From positions 434,001 through 498,000 of the forward strand of contig NW_027191466.1 in the NCBI RefSeq assembly GCF_011745625.1: a stretch of DNA of 64,000 nucleotides, in the 5' to 3' direction. The notes below the pieces were generated by a model, which had not been told where the DNA came from, did not search any database, and was given only the letters and a program-made list of their open reading frames with translations. Positions 45,473 through 58,713 of the stretch are shown here, one piece after another (the first letter of the stretch is position 1; each line of letters starts with the position of its first letter). Source of the DNA: Cladosporium halotolerans. Lineage: Eukaryota. The position numbers and the translations under genes were made by a program.

Positions 45473-48034
45473 ATGCGGCGAGCAACACCAGATTCTGAGG
45501 CGCTGGCCTCATCAGAGGATGAGAAGCCGTGGCCTTCGGCAACGACCTTTGGAAGCCTCCCAAGGAAGGAAAATGGCGTTCCAGGCTTGGGTGGCGGCAT
45601 CTGGTCATCGAGCCAGTCCCGTGGGTCCTTCAAGCTAGGGGAGCAGGCTCGTCGTAATGCCGCGCGTGAGGCTCGGTTGGGAGCTCCGACGAGTGGATCG
45701 GCCAGGTCTGCAAATACTCCATCTCCTGCGACGAGCAGTGAGCATGGAGCAAATTCGCTGCCCTTTTCCATTCCATTGCAGCCAACGCCAAAGGCCGGCA
45801 GATCCCTTTCTCACTCCCAAGGCCAGCGTGAGATGCCAGCATCCACTGGTGCCAGCCTTCAGCAGGCTGTAGGGGGTATGGAGAGGCCTTCAGTCTTGCC
45901 CCTTGGCCTTTTGAACGAAGAAGTCGAGGACGCAGATGGAGAGTCTGATCGTGATTCTGAACTTGGTGGCATGTTGACGCAGACGGTCTCGCACCCGGTG
46001 TTCAGCAACCTTCAGCGAACCTCAACCTTGCCAACGCAATACGATTCGCCGTTCTCTGCGTCAAGCAATCCGCGGCGTTCGGATACTTTTGATGGCAGCG
46101 GCTTTGACCGACGCTTCGAAGTACCGTTTGGTGATCCGAGTTTGAGTGAATATGGTGAGCTACCTTCCAAATTCCAAACATCAGGCCTATTTGTTTCTAG
46201 AAGGAACGCGCGTGGCCTTGATGCACGTTTCGTGATGTTGTGCTGACAGCAGTGCCAGCAGATCAGCCTAATAGGCGCCCGCAATGGCAGTCCTCGCTTG
46301 GTTGGGAAGAGCTTCCCACTTATAGTGAGAGCCGCCGCCACTCAATGGCGGAACTGCCCACTAGACGTAGTACTATCGCTGGCAACGGGAATCGTGATTT
46401 GCGTGCCACTGGGATGTTCAATAACAATTGTAAGTGCGCACCTCGTCGGCCTGACCCACACGTGGCGACAAACCTGCCTGTTCACTGCCTCACTGTAGCG
46501 TGCGGGAGGTGACATGTGACAGCGGGCTATATCAACCGTCTCCCACACCTTTTCTAACCCTTCCCTAGACCTCAACACAACACAGCAGACAGAAGACGAC
46601 GCGACCATGGATCGCGTCCAACGTACCAACACCAACGAGGCCTACACTCTACCAGAGGGTTACAAGGTCCCGCACGTCGCTCTGGAGCCCCACGAGCGCA
46701 CCACCGACGCCGAGCGCGCCCTGGCGCTCCCCTACGCCAACGGGGGGCGCCCGCGCAAGCTCCTCTTCCTCATCTCCTTCAAGTGCTCGCGTGTCGGGGT
46801 CTTCTTCCTGCTCGACAACACCGGCCTTGTGATCCAAGAGGGCGATATGGTCATCGTCGAGGCTGACCGCGGACAGGATCTTGGGGTGGTTCAGCACGCG
46901 GAAATCTCACAGGAGGAAGCCCGCACCCTGCTCGCCAAGTATGGCGAAGAGCAGTACAAGTGGCTTATGATGTTTTCACAAAACAACCAGGCAGGGGCTG
47001 TCAATCCAAACGCAGCGGTTTATGGTGAGGCCAACACCGCCGGCAACGCCGGCGCTCCTTCCACGCGCCCGCCGCGCGAGCTGTTTACCGTCGCCAAAGC
47101 CAAGGCAATCAAGCGCATGGCCGCTCCGCACGAAATCCGCATGCTCAGAGACAAAGAAGGGAACGAGGCCAAAGCCAAGCGTGCCTGCCAGCAGAAGGTG
47201 TTCCAGCATCATCTTGACATGGAGATTCTCGAGGCCGAGTTTCAGTGGTAAGCCATACATCGACCCCGCTGGCCAGATCCATACCCAGCACTAGCTGACT
47301 TAATCTTACATAGGGACTGGCAGAAGCTGATCTTCTACTACTACGCTGATCACTATGTCAACTTCAAAGATCTTGTCAACGACCTCTACAAGCTTTATAA
47401 GGTCCGCTTGTGGATGTCCGCGGTCAACCCAGCCTCTTTCTCTCCGAACGCCATCAATCAGCCGCCCGCTGGCATCGGCCCTGGTGCAATCACCAACCAT
47501 CCGTCTTCCGGCCCAGGCTTCGACAACACCTACACCATGAACTACGGCATCGACACTGACCCCTATGGTGCCATTCCTCCATACCCTCTTCCATACAACA
47601 ATTACAACCCGAACTTCCCCGGCATCCCGGGTATGCCCAACTCCTACCCCGTGGGGCCGCCTATGCAGCAGCAGACAGCGGAGGAAAACTCCCTCTGGGA
47701 GCAGTTGGGCCAGCTCTCCATGGGGCCGCAGTACGAGGTCCCGCCGCACTCCATGAACCTTCGTCGTCAGACTCAGCCAGGCATGATGCAGCCTATCGGA
47801 ACTCAGGCAGCTCCACAGGGCATGATGCAACCGATCGGGTCGCAGCGCCGCGGTTCGCAGCAGGCTGGTATTGCCCAGCCCATCGGCTCTCAGCCTCCGC
47901 AACAGCAGCGAGGCAACGGCACCGACAACGACAACGGGCGCCAGCAGGGCGGCGTCGCTCAGCGCGACTTCGGTCGCATCAACCCTTACCAGACCAACGT
48001 CGACTGGGACGCCCTCGGCATGTTCCGTCGCTAG
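45473..48034 (+). CDS. PSP1 C-terminal-domain protein
   Basis: Exons 45473-46154, 46259-46429, 46569-47247, 47314-48034. FKCSR, VIVEADRGQDLG, KEGNEAKAKRACQQKV, FQWDWQKLIFYY, WMSAVNPAS. The frame is open back to an acceptor at 45427. Confidence 0.9.
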
Positions 48035-49551
48035 ACGATGCAAGAATCTCGATCACGGCCGGCAGACTCCGATCTTGGGATTGAGGCCTGAGGACATGAA
48101 TCTCTTTTGTTCTATTGGTGCTTGCAAGACACAAAAATGGAAATCTGATGCTACGCATGAGCGGGCCCAAATATCAGACAGACAGACAGACTTCTCGGTG
48201 TTTCTTTTACATGGTTTGGTTCGGGTGCTCAAAAGGGAGGCATGGCAGACAGAACGTAAGACCATAGCGACAGATGATGAAATGCGACTACAATTTTCCT
48301 TGTAATGATCTTGAACAGTGTTGTGGACGTGATGATCACCCCTAGTCGATTGTGACCCGCTCTTCTGGAGTCTAATTGCATGATGTCTTGACAATCTAGG
48401 CGGAGCACCTTGCGAAAGTCTTCTAGGTGCATAGTACGATTCGAATATTTCGATAGCATGACATGGAAGCCATTGATGCTATTCTTTGTCTATATGCGAT
48501 TCTGCCATGCGTCTCTCCACATTGATACTGCGATCACCGACGATTTTGGGCCGACGAGCGATTGTGGTGCTACTGCTTTTTGCCGAGATCGGGGTCTTCT
48601 CAAGCGCTCGAGACATGTTTTTTCTTTCAGGTGCTCCATTGAGTCAGCGTCGCTTCTGGGCTAATACCAACCAAGAAGTTCGCAATGCTTGCTTGCTCTC
48701 GTTGCTTCGCCCAAGGCTTGTTTCGACGTGCACGTCTTCCAGCCAATGGCAGGTTGCAGGTGGGGGAAGCTTGTTGAGTGCAAAGCAACGCGACAATCTC
48801 GCTGACTCGTCGTATCTGTCGTCATTCCTAAGTCCATTGAGAGGTTCTTCGGCGATCCTTGGAAGGCGTGATGTCCTCGGCCTTTGATGCCCCGAGATCT
48901 TGGTGCAGCGGGGTCTCCGCAAGACCCACAAAGTCCCCGTCAACCTTGAGTCAGGGACTTCTTCGCCGGAGACCAGGTTGATTCATCCTTGGCCGACGAC
49001 AAATGGTGCCGGACACTCCGGACAATATCCCGGGAGAAGCAAGCAAATGTGAGGGCGTCGATGGTATACTAAACATCGTATGACCGCTTCAGATAGCTTA
49101 CATTCTGGGAATATCTCCAGATAGAGCCGTTATGAGCAGCCATCTCCCGCGGCGAGAAAGAGTGAGTTCCATGCCAGCACCGAACGGATAGCCGACGAGC
49201 TCATCCGAGCCGGTCAAAATGAGGGTCTTGCCTCCATGCGATGGTCAAGATGCCGCCACAAGCTCCGCCCGATGGAAAGACTCCGCAGCTTGGCCTGCAT
49301 CACGAAAACCAACCTCTTTGAATACTTCAATTGCCGATCCAGCACTCTACTGCGATATCGCCGTAATTTTTCGCGCTCTGTTGTCCGGTCGCTGCAGGGG
49401 ATCCACAGGTGCCAGCGATGATCTTCTGTATCCCCTCAGGCCAAGAGAAAATGGCAGCATGGCTGCCCGGGTGATGCATCGATCTACAGCATATAAAAGC
49501 TATAAGAGGTGCTGCCTTTCTGCGGGATGAGCAGCCAGTATCTTGCCCATC

Positions 49552-52068
49552 ATGAAGTCCATTCCACTTTTGGGGGGCTTGCTCCTGTCGTCTCACCAGG
49601 TCCTTGCGCAGTCCGACCCTCGAGTCGCTAGCCTTGATGGGTTCACTGAGGTACCTGACCCTTATTACGGACAGAGCCCGCCTGTATACCCAACACGTAA
49701 GAACACAAGAGCCCTATTTATTGAACCGCATTCTGACCTGCACCTAGCTGAGGGTGATGGTGGCGTTGATAAGTCATGGCAGAATGCATACGCTCGAGCC
49801 CGTGAGCTTGTCTCTCAGATGACACTTGATGAGAAGGTCAACATGACCCATGGCCACGAGGGAGACTGTGTCGGCAACACTCCCAGCATTGAGCGTCTGG
49901 GTATCCCAAAACTATGGTGAGTTCATGACGACAAACAATGCGCGCTTCACATGGTTGACCTCGTGTAGCTTTGCCGATGGCCCTTCTGGCATCAGAGGTC
50001 AGGAGTTCGTGAGTGCATTCCCGGCACAGATCACGGTTGGCGCGACATTCGACCGCGGCCTCATGAAGAGGTTTGGAGAAGCGATGGGAATGGAATACTT
50101 CCGCAAGGGTATCAACGTCGCTTTGCTACCGGTCGCTGGTCCTTTGGGAAGAATTGCTCGTGCTGGCCGCAACTGGGAAGGATTTGGGGCTGATCCCTAC
50201 CTCTCTGGCGCTGGAATGAAAGCCGTTACTACTGGCGTCCAAGATCAGGGCGTCATCGTCCAGTCGAAGCACTGGCTGCTCAACGAGCAAGAGTATCGAC
50301 GTAATCCTGGCCCTGAGGGCGAATCGCTGAGCTCCAACGCCGATGACCGCACGATCCATGAACTCTACGTTTTCCCGTTCATGGACAGCTTGAAGGCAGG
50401 TGCCGCAAGCCTCATGTGCTCATATCAGAGGGTCAATAACTCATACGGTTGCCAGAACAGCAAGCTTCTGAATGGTATCCTCAAGACTGAGCTGGGCTTC
50501 CAAGGCTTTGTCACCTCTGACTGGTATGCGCAGCATGCCGGTGTCGCTTCGGCTAACGCAGGCATGGACCTTGTTATGCCCAACCAGGCCTTTTGGGGGC
50601 CAAATCTGACGGAAGCGGTCAACAACGGCTCCGTTGCCGAGACCCGTCTGAACGACATGGTCACTCGTATCCTTGCTGCTTGGTACTACACTGGACAGGA
50701 CGATGGCTACCCTGAAGTTGCAGTTTCTCCTTACACCGAACAACACCCGATCGTTGATGTTCGCGGGGACAATGCAGCGCTCATCCGCGAAATTGGTGCA
50801 GCTGGTCACATTCTGGTGAAGAACGTTAACAACACCCTGCCCTTGAAGAAGCCAAGATATCTCAGCGTCTACGGCTATGATGCAAGACTGGGAGACTCGC
50901 CTTGGGAAAATCCAGCTCGATTTGGCGGGGGCTATGAAGTTAATTTCGGCTGGGTATGAGATACCGAATGTCTTGCCATTGGGAGCACGCTAACACTCAG
51001 TCATACAGAACACACAAAACGGTACTCTAATTACGGGTGGTGGCTCTGGCACTAGCACCCCTCCTTACCTTATCTCCCCTTTCGACGCTATCCAGAGGCG
51101 TGTCATGGAAGACCAAGGCACCGTCAGATGGGACTTCGCGGCCATCAACCCGCCAGTTTATGCAAACTCCGAGGCATGCCTTGTCTTCATCAACGGTAAA
51201 CCGTCAACTGCTTCCCAACACATGGTAACCCAGCTAACGTATCTAAGGCTACGCGAGCGAGGCTTTCGATAGACTCTCCCTGCAAGATGAGTTCAGCGAC
51301 CAGCTTGTGAAGAATGTTGCGACCAACTGCTCGAACACCATCGTCGTGATTCACTCTGCCGGCATCAGAACTGTGGATGAGTGGATCGAGCATCCCAATA
51401 TTACCGCCGTCGTCTACGGCCTCCTCCCCGGCCAAGAGACAGGCAACTCGATCGTCGACGTCCTGTACGGCGACATCTCTCCCTCCGGCCGAATGCCGTT
51501 CACTGTCGCTAGAAACGAGTCTGACTACGGCCACCTCCTCAACTCCACCGTGGGCTCGGGTCCATACCCTCAAGACAACTTCACCGAAGGCCTGTACATC
51601 GACTACAGGTACTTTGACAAGCACAACATCACGCCTCGATACGAGTTCGGCTACGGCTTGTCCTACTCCACTTTCTCCTACGCGGACCTCTCCGTTGATT
51701 CCCTAGGTGGCAACACGAACGAATACCCCACTGAGCAGGTGCCCGTCCCACAGGGTGGCCCCTCAGACATTTGGGATGTGCTATTCAATGTGACGGTCAA
51801 CATCGAGAACACTGGCGACGTCGATGCCAACGAAGTCCCACAGCTGTACGTCAATATCGCTACGGCTCCAGCTAGGCAGCTGCGCGGTTTCGACCGCGTC
51901 CACATCGCTTGCGGCGCTACAGAGCAGGTGACATTCCCGGTCACAAGGAGAGACTTGAGTATTTGGGACGTGGTTGCTCAGAAGTGGAAGCTTCAGAAGG
52001 GTCAATATCCTATCTATGTTGGCGCGAGTAGCAGGGATATCAGGTTGACTGGCACTATCGAGGTGTAA
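49552..52068 (+). CDS. Secreted GH3 beta-glucosidase
   Basis: Signal peptide; TATAAAA at ~49492. Introns at about 49697-49748, 49917-49969, 50954-51008, 51196-51248. GRNWEGFGADP, nucleophile VTSDW, EFGYGLSY. Confidence 0.95.
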
Positions 52069-52667
52069 CAGCTATCACGTTTGCGCCTCAGGCCCTTCGT
52101 GCATCAACATGAGCTTCACGAATCTGAAAGCATATCACATTATGTCATTTAGAAAGATAACTACAAGAATCTTTTTTTTTGTGACCACACACGATACGCT
52201 CCTTGGTCAATGGAACGGTAGCAGGATCAAAGTAGGTCCTGGAATCCCAGCACTCTCTGTGCAGATGCTGTCCTTGCTCATTCAATAGTTTGAAGTTGAT
52301 GATTTTCATTGTGAAATGATTTGTTCAAGGCTCCTGGCTTCTCGAAAGAGACTGTTGCCAACGTGCTGCTACCTTCTTCTCTGGACTATCCAGGATTGAT
52401 TCCTTCTCGGAGCCCAACATACTGAGCATACGCAAATGCAGAATTAACGCAGGAAGCCCCCCCACTTCCTGATGAGAAGTGGGCAACTCCCTTCCATCAT
52501 CATTCGACAGAATATTTCGAAAGCAACATCGGCAGAAATCGCACGTGGAACGGAGTGTCAGTACTATCAACAGCCTCGCTGTGCTTATTACCGTATTATA
52601 GGTACGTCTATATCTATGTATGTCATGTCATGAAAGCGTGAACCACTCAGTCTCGCTCACTAAACCT

Positions 52668-55446
52668 TCAAGCAAGGACGCCGCTGAGGGGCAGGTTCCT
52701 GCTCGAGCTGCCGACCCAGACGTGCTTGGTCGTGTTCTGGACATACCAGTCCTGCTCGACCGTGCTCCAGCTGGCAATATCTCTCCTGGTGATGTCGAAG
52801 CTGACTCTGGCGGTCATGTTCGGGGCGATGGATAATCTCTCGAAGCCGCGGAGCTCCTTGACGGGGTCGTAAGGACCGCCGCGGGAGAGGTACAGCTGCG
52901 GAACTTCGTCGCCGACGACGGAGCCGGTGTTCTGAATGGTCGCGTGCACTCTGTACAGGACATCGTAGATGGAGGGGTTGCCGCCGGGGGCGCCACCGGC
53001 CTTGGGAACGGGCTGCGCGGAACCGTTAAGCGCGCCCTCAGGGAAGAAGTCGGAGGAACCGTAGTTGGGGTCTCCAGAGGCCTCGGTGAGGTTGGTCGAG
53101 TTCAGCCACGGGTAGTGGTAGAGGTTGACGCGAGTGAAGTTGGCCGGGAAAGTGTGGTCGGCCGGGTCCATGCTGAAGTTGCGGAAGGTAGGTGCCGCGG
53201 TGGTGTGTCCCATGAAGGGCACATAGGCGGAGGCGTTCAGGTTCTCGACCTTGAGGTCGGAGTACTCGAAAGTGGTGTAAGAGAGACCAAAGCCGAATTC
53301 GTACGTCGGAGTCTTGTTGTGGAGATCGAAGGCACGGTAGTCGATGATGTTGCCCTCCTTGTAGTTGATCTGAGGAACGCCTGCATCATCATTGTCGTTG
53401 TAGAGAATGTCAGTGCCCCAGTCTTCTCTCTTCTTGCCAATAGTCCACGGAAGCTTGGCACCGGGGTTGACGCGGCCATAGAGGATGTCAGCAATGGAAT
53501 TGCCGCTCTCTTGGCCAGGCAAGCCAGCCCAAAGAATAGCAGTGATGTTAGGGTTGTTCTTGTACTCCTCAAGGAGGACAGGTCCAACGGAGTGGACGAC
53601 CAGAATTGTGTTGCTACAGTTGCCAGCCACCGTCGCAACCATGTCGTCGGCTCCTTGCCAGAATGTCAGGTTGTTGCGATCTCCAAGGTTTCCATCCACC
53701 TGGATGAAGGTCTCGCCAGCATCGCTGTTTGCAAAAACGATCGAGGCATTGGAGCGCCTAGCAAGCGCTCCGATGGTGTCCAGGTCGTAGTTGTCGAAGA
53801 TGGATTCGTAGGATCCACCGTTCTGCAGCACAGTATTCTGGATAGCAGTGTCTGGGGTCACGAGATAAGGGAAGTCGGCAGTCCCGCTGCCCCAGCCCAT
53901 CGCAAGGGTACCATCATCGCAACCGTGATCATCGCAGCCATTCGGTCCATGGGGGCTAGGGCCAGCGTCCTCACCAAACACTGTAGTCAGAGGCTCTTTG
54001 CCAGAGAGCGGCAATGTATTGTTTACGTTTTTGAGCAGCACAGTACTAGCGCTGCCGATGTGGCGGATAAGTGCACCGTGGTCCGCACGGACGTTGACGT
54101 GGTCGTTGACTTTGGTCCACCCTTGACCCACGTAGTAGTGCTCATAGTTGTAGGTGTCTTTGGTCCAGCTGGAGAAGTTGATATCTGTCCTGTTGGTGTC
54201 GGCGTCGACCTTGTAGTATGCGGCCATGATACGCATCGCCATGTCGTCGACGCGCCACGCGGGAACAGTGCCGTTGAGAACAGCAATGGTCAGGTTCGAC
54301 CCAAAGTACGAGTACCCATTGTTGTAGGAGTCAGAGTCACCTGGCATTAGCATGTCGAGCCCCGCATGGACGCTAGAGACGCCAGAATGGCCTCCGAGCC
54401 AGTCCGTAATAACGGGGCCTTGGAAGCCAAGCTCTCCCTTTAGCAGATAGTTGAGCGTGTAGGAGTTTTGACAGGCTTGCGAGCCATTAATCTGATTGTA
54501 AGAGCACATAACAGAAGCAGCGCCAGCTCGGATGCCATCTGCAAAGGGCCAGAGGTAGAGCTCGTGCATGGTTACATCGTCCAGGTTGGAAGAAGACGGC
54601 TCGGTGATGTTGTAACCGAAGCCATTGGCTTCAGGCACTTGGCGGAAGTGCTCTTGCTCATAGGCAATGTAATGTTTCAGGTTGGTCATGACATTCTGGC
54701 TCTGAATGCCTCTGATCGTTTGGGCAAAGAGCTGGCCGGTCAGGACTGGGTCGGGCGAGAATCCTTCCCAGTTGCGACCACCTTCAGGGGTCCTTCCGAG
54801 CGGACCTGCGACAGGCTATATGATTGTCAGTCTCAACACGTCTAGCAGTTCTCTAGAGAGTGTTACGTACACCCAGCTGGAAGTCAACACCTTTGCCCTT
54901 GTGCTCAGAGCCCATACCAGCACCTTGCGCGAAAGCGAGGCCGCGATCCCACGTGGCGGCGAGGTTCACACCGCTTGCGAAAGCAGACACCAAGTCTGCG
55001 TAGCGGATACCGAGAGGACTATCCTGAAGACACATGGCACGGAATCCAAGACGCGGGATAGAACCAGTCTGACCGACGCAACGGTCGACTTGCCATCCGG
55101 TGCCAGTGGTGAGGTTGACCTTCTCTTCGAGGGTGAGCTGACCCACGAACTCGCGAGCCTGGTCGTACGCCTCTTTCCAATCACCAAGACCCTCAGTCCA
55201 CGGTGAAGGGTACTTAGGCGGGCTCATCTGGTGGCCATTGCTTCCGGCTGCAACGACTGGGTTATCGTTCACATATTCGTTGTACGTTGTATTGGGGAAC
55301 TGGTCTATTTGTCAGTAATGCCTCCTTTCGGAGGAATTTCAAGGACGTACCGGAGAGCCAAAGTTGCCTCTGTTGGAAAAATCTTGACTATCCTGGGCCA
55401 ATGCTGTAGTCGCAGCCAGCAGGGCCGCAGATGCGAAAGAACGCAT
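52668..55446 (-). CDS. Secreted GH3 beta-glucosidase (BglA/Cel3-like)
   Basis: Exons 55446-55351, 55299-54871, 54815-52668. SPPKYPSPW, GRNWEGFSPDP, VITDW, GWGSGTADFPY, GGAPGGNP. Confidence 0.95.
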
Positions 55447-56862
55447 GTTGATACAATACGAAATACGAAAATGACGAGTTGATAGAAACCTACCGTAAGA
55501 CCTGCAGGTACGACATATTTCTACTTTTCCATCATCGAACGGTACATGACACGCTCGACCGCCGATCAGGGCAGAGAGGTCGTCATGACCGTTGATGTGG
55601 AGCCATGAGTTCAGTAGCCGATGGAGTTGGACGCGCACTGTTCAAGAGCGCGGGTTGCGAGTTGCGGGATTTGGAGATGGTGGGGACTGGAGGTGGAGGG
55701 AAACGGAGAGGAGTGGTCGAGGGCGGAGTTTTCGAATAATTCCGTTCGCTGACATACCCACTCCTCCCGTGATCTTGAGGGCCTTTGCACGGGTGGTTGG
55801 TGACGGCGAAGAAACCGTGCCTTCGCTTCCGGCACCGAAGATCCGACGGTTCAAATGCCTCTCGCGTTCGTTGCCGGCTGCCGGCATCACGATTGACATG
55901 CATAGCCACGTTGATGCCGATCATCAGACGTGCTTATCCTGCCGTGAGGAGCAATGCCGTTCATTTTTTGATTCACTCCCTGCATTAATTTACCCTGCTC
56001 GCGGCTTCCGCGGCGCAGGGTCAGGTTCACCCTCATCGGATAGATGTGGATAAGACGATGCGAGAGCCGTCTTGCCTGACATATGTACTAGAAAACGATG
56101 AGATCCTCCACCATGCGGAAACTGTGGGTTCCATGGGGCACCGCGACTTGGCATCGTGGCCTTCGCTTTGCTTGCGATGCTTGGACCTGTTAAACCTCAC
56201 GGGCCTAAGAGTGCTGTGATGGCTAAGCAATACCCAGATGCAGGTCTGTGCCACTGAGGTATTATTTGGCCCCCTGATCAGTTTATGGCAGCTTATGCGT
56301 CGCTGTCTGCACTGAGAGCAGGCAAAAGTTATCCAGGGATCGGGCTGCCTACCGGTGGATTCATCCGAGATGAATGCGATTACCTTTGTTTGTCCGAAAA
56401 TTTGAAGTTCAGAAGGCTTCACAGCAAAGCCATGACTTCTCAGAAAGAATGGGAAGTTACGTGGTACTAGGTACCTTCTTTGGTCGACTACCGAGAGTGA
56501 GTTTCAATCGGAGAGTCAAATCTATTCATTCCCCAGAACGCGTCGTAGTCTGCCAAAGCCTACAGGCTTTCGGATACGCGATAGTGCTCAACTTTGGGTC
56601 TGCGATGGTATCGGGCGATCCCATATGTAGTACTGATATAAAGCCTAAAGATCAATTCGGAACGATATTCAGCTTGAAGCACCTATACACCGAGCTAAAT
56701 GGTAAGATCGTAGTCGTAATACCTTGCATCAGAACACTGCTTTCTTGCGCAAATTCGCAAATTTACAACGCTATGGTATACCCCGTGGATGGACTCCATT
56801 GCCGCCCAATGTCCAATAACGCCAGCTATCCGCAACGAATCATGAAAGTATACGAGTCCAGG

Positions 56863-57623
56863 CTAGTCCCAAGCATTTTCCATACTGTCCCTCACGCATC
56901 TCCGCACTCTCCTCTTGAACTCTTTGCGGTCCTCGCGCCACAGCTTCCCCGCTTCGATGTTGGCGGCACTCTCATCGTTGGGGCTCCCAAGCATGCTGAT
57001 GACCGACAGGAGGATCGACTCAGGTGACTGCACGGGTGACCAGCGCTCGCTGGCACTTTCGTAGCCGTATTGGTCGTCTCCGGGTGGGTGGAGGATGGAG
57101 ATGCAGACCTCGCCGTTCTCGAAGACTGGAATCTTGTCAGACATGACACATTTAGGGGCATTTTCGGCTCGCTTACCATTTGGGTGGAAGATTGGAGTCT
57201 CGAACTTCATCTTGGGAGGGTAGAGGGGATAGTTGGGCGGGAAAGTCATCTTTGCTCGAAAGCAACCGCCTGCTACTCGTCAGCAGCCCTCTCGAATTGT
57301 TCAAACCCTGATCTCCTCTTCTTGCTCCGTCCATATTCCTGGCACCGATTATGCGAGGCGGACGTACCGCACCGGACCCTCTCTCTGGGCCTTCGTGTGT
57401 CCCAATCTTCCTTTTCCTCTTACTCACCTCCGTACAAGCTATCCTGATCATCGCTCAGCATGAGCATGACCTCCCACTCGAACACATTGCTTCCAACAAG
57501 CCCGCAGCTGATCCCAGGAATATCCTTGTCGGTCTGAATCTGCTTGAACTGTTTTGCGAGAAGTATCGCTGCACTCGACTGGCCCGAAGGCGAGCTTGTG
57601 CTGCGGTCCAGAGGCGAAGCCAT
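56863..57623 (-). CDS. E2 ubiquitin-conjugating enzyme, UBE2G/Ubc7/Ubc15 class
   Basis: Introns 57427-57270 and 57176-57126. HPN motif and [27 protein letters not shown] acidic loop. Confidence 0.95.
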
Positions 57624-58713
57624 CTTGGCAGATTTGTTCCGGGCTGTCAAGCGGGCGAAGAAATGGGCAAGGCGGTGTGATTTAAGAAGAGGACATGGAG
57701 CATTACGGTGCTGGACATGGGAGCTTTGCGGGAAGCTTTGCGTCACTGGCGAGAGGAAGGGTCTCTGCTGCTTGCTTCCAGATTCACTTTGCTGGCAGTT
57801 TGTGAAGTTACTCACCCATCATGTCACTGTGTTGATAGGTCAGATTATTGATGGTAAGCAACCGAAACGTGTACCGTTTTTTCGAATCACAAGTAACGTA
57901 TTGCAAATGTTGTGATCGCTGTGCAGCTGCACGACATAAGGTAGCTCCGTGCAAGAAGCCGAGGCAGATCTCAACGCAACGGCATCCCATCTTCAGAATA
58001 TCGATGACCATGCTAATGTGAGCACGATTCCCTAGACAACTCACCTACCAAAACCAAAATATCATACGGAAGGTCTATATGCTTTACATGAGCCCTGAGA
58101 CGAGTGTCGTTCTGCGCGTTCGTCAAATCTGATGTGAGCTCCAACCCCAACCCTAACCCTACGAAACCCAAGCAGTCGACTTCAGCCACCAAGGGTTCAG
58201 CCCTCAGCCCCGTATAGAAACCGACCGACGCACCTCAACTCATCCTTCCTTCCCACATATACTACCGCGGAAATGTAACGTTATCGCCGTGTCTTTCAGC
58301 TGAGCGTAGACTATCTCCAGCCCTACCCAGGTGCGGGTTTAAGGCTTCCCATGATCTACAGTCATCAAGCTCCATCCGGCTACCTGCTATGAAAAGAAGC
58401 TCTTCCTAGCGCTCAGCTGGAGTTCTTAGGTGCCATGACATGGCATCAAATGACAACGCGTTCACTCAGGATCGTGGTCTAGGTCTCGTGGACAGACCGA
58501 CTTCCCTTTTTTGTCAGTCAGCACGGGATAGACTTAGAGCTGTTCAACTGGCAGGTAGGTTGATATTATTGAGGCATATATGTCTGCTGTGGCCACACCA
58601 AGCTCCTTTCTTTGATAAACGTCAGCGAATGCCAGTTAGAAGAGTACTGCCGGGATCTTCTTGACAGATAGAAAGATAGCTCCAAGCACAAGCGCCAGCC
58701 AACCGGAATCACC

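Noticed and set aside
52944..54350. Long antisense ORFs (also 62629-63990, 32675-33736, 21133-21936, 36389-37447)
   Set aside because: Shadows of high-GC3 sense genes with no independent motifs.
58141..58170. CCAACCCCAACCCTAACCCTA telomere-like tract, considered as a telomerase RNA template
   Set aside because: Only about two units. The ~1-kb divergent promoter leaves little room and I found no convincing pseudoknot. More likely a promoter motif or chance.
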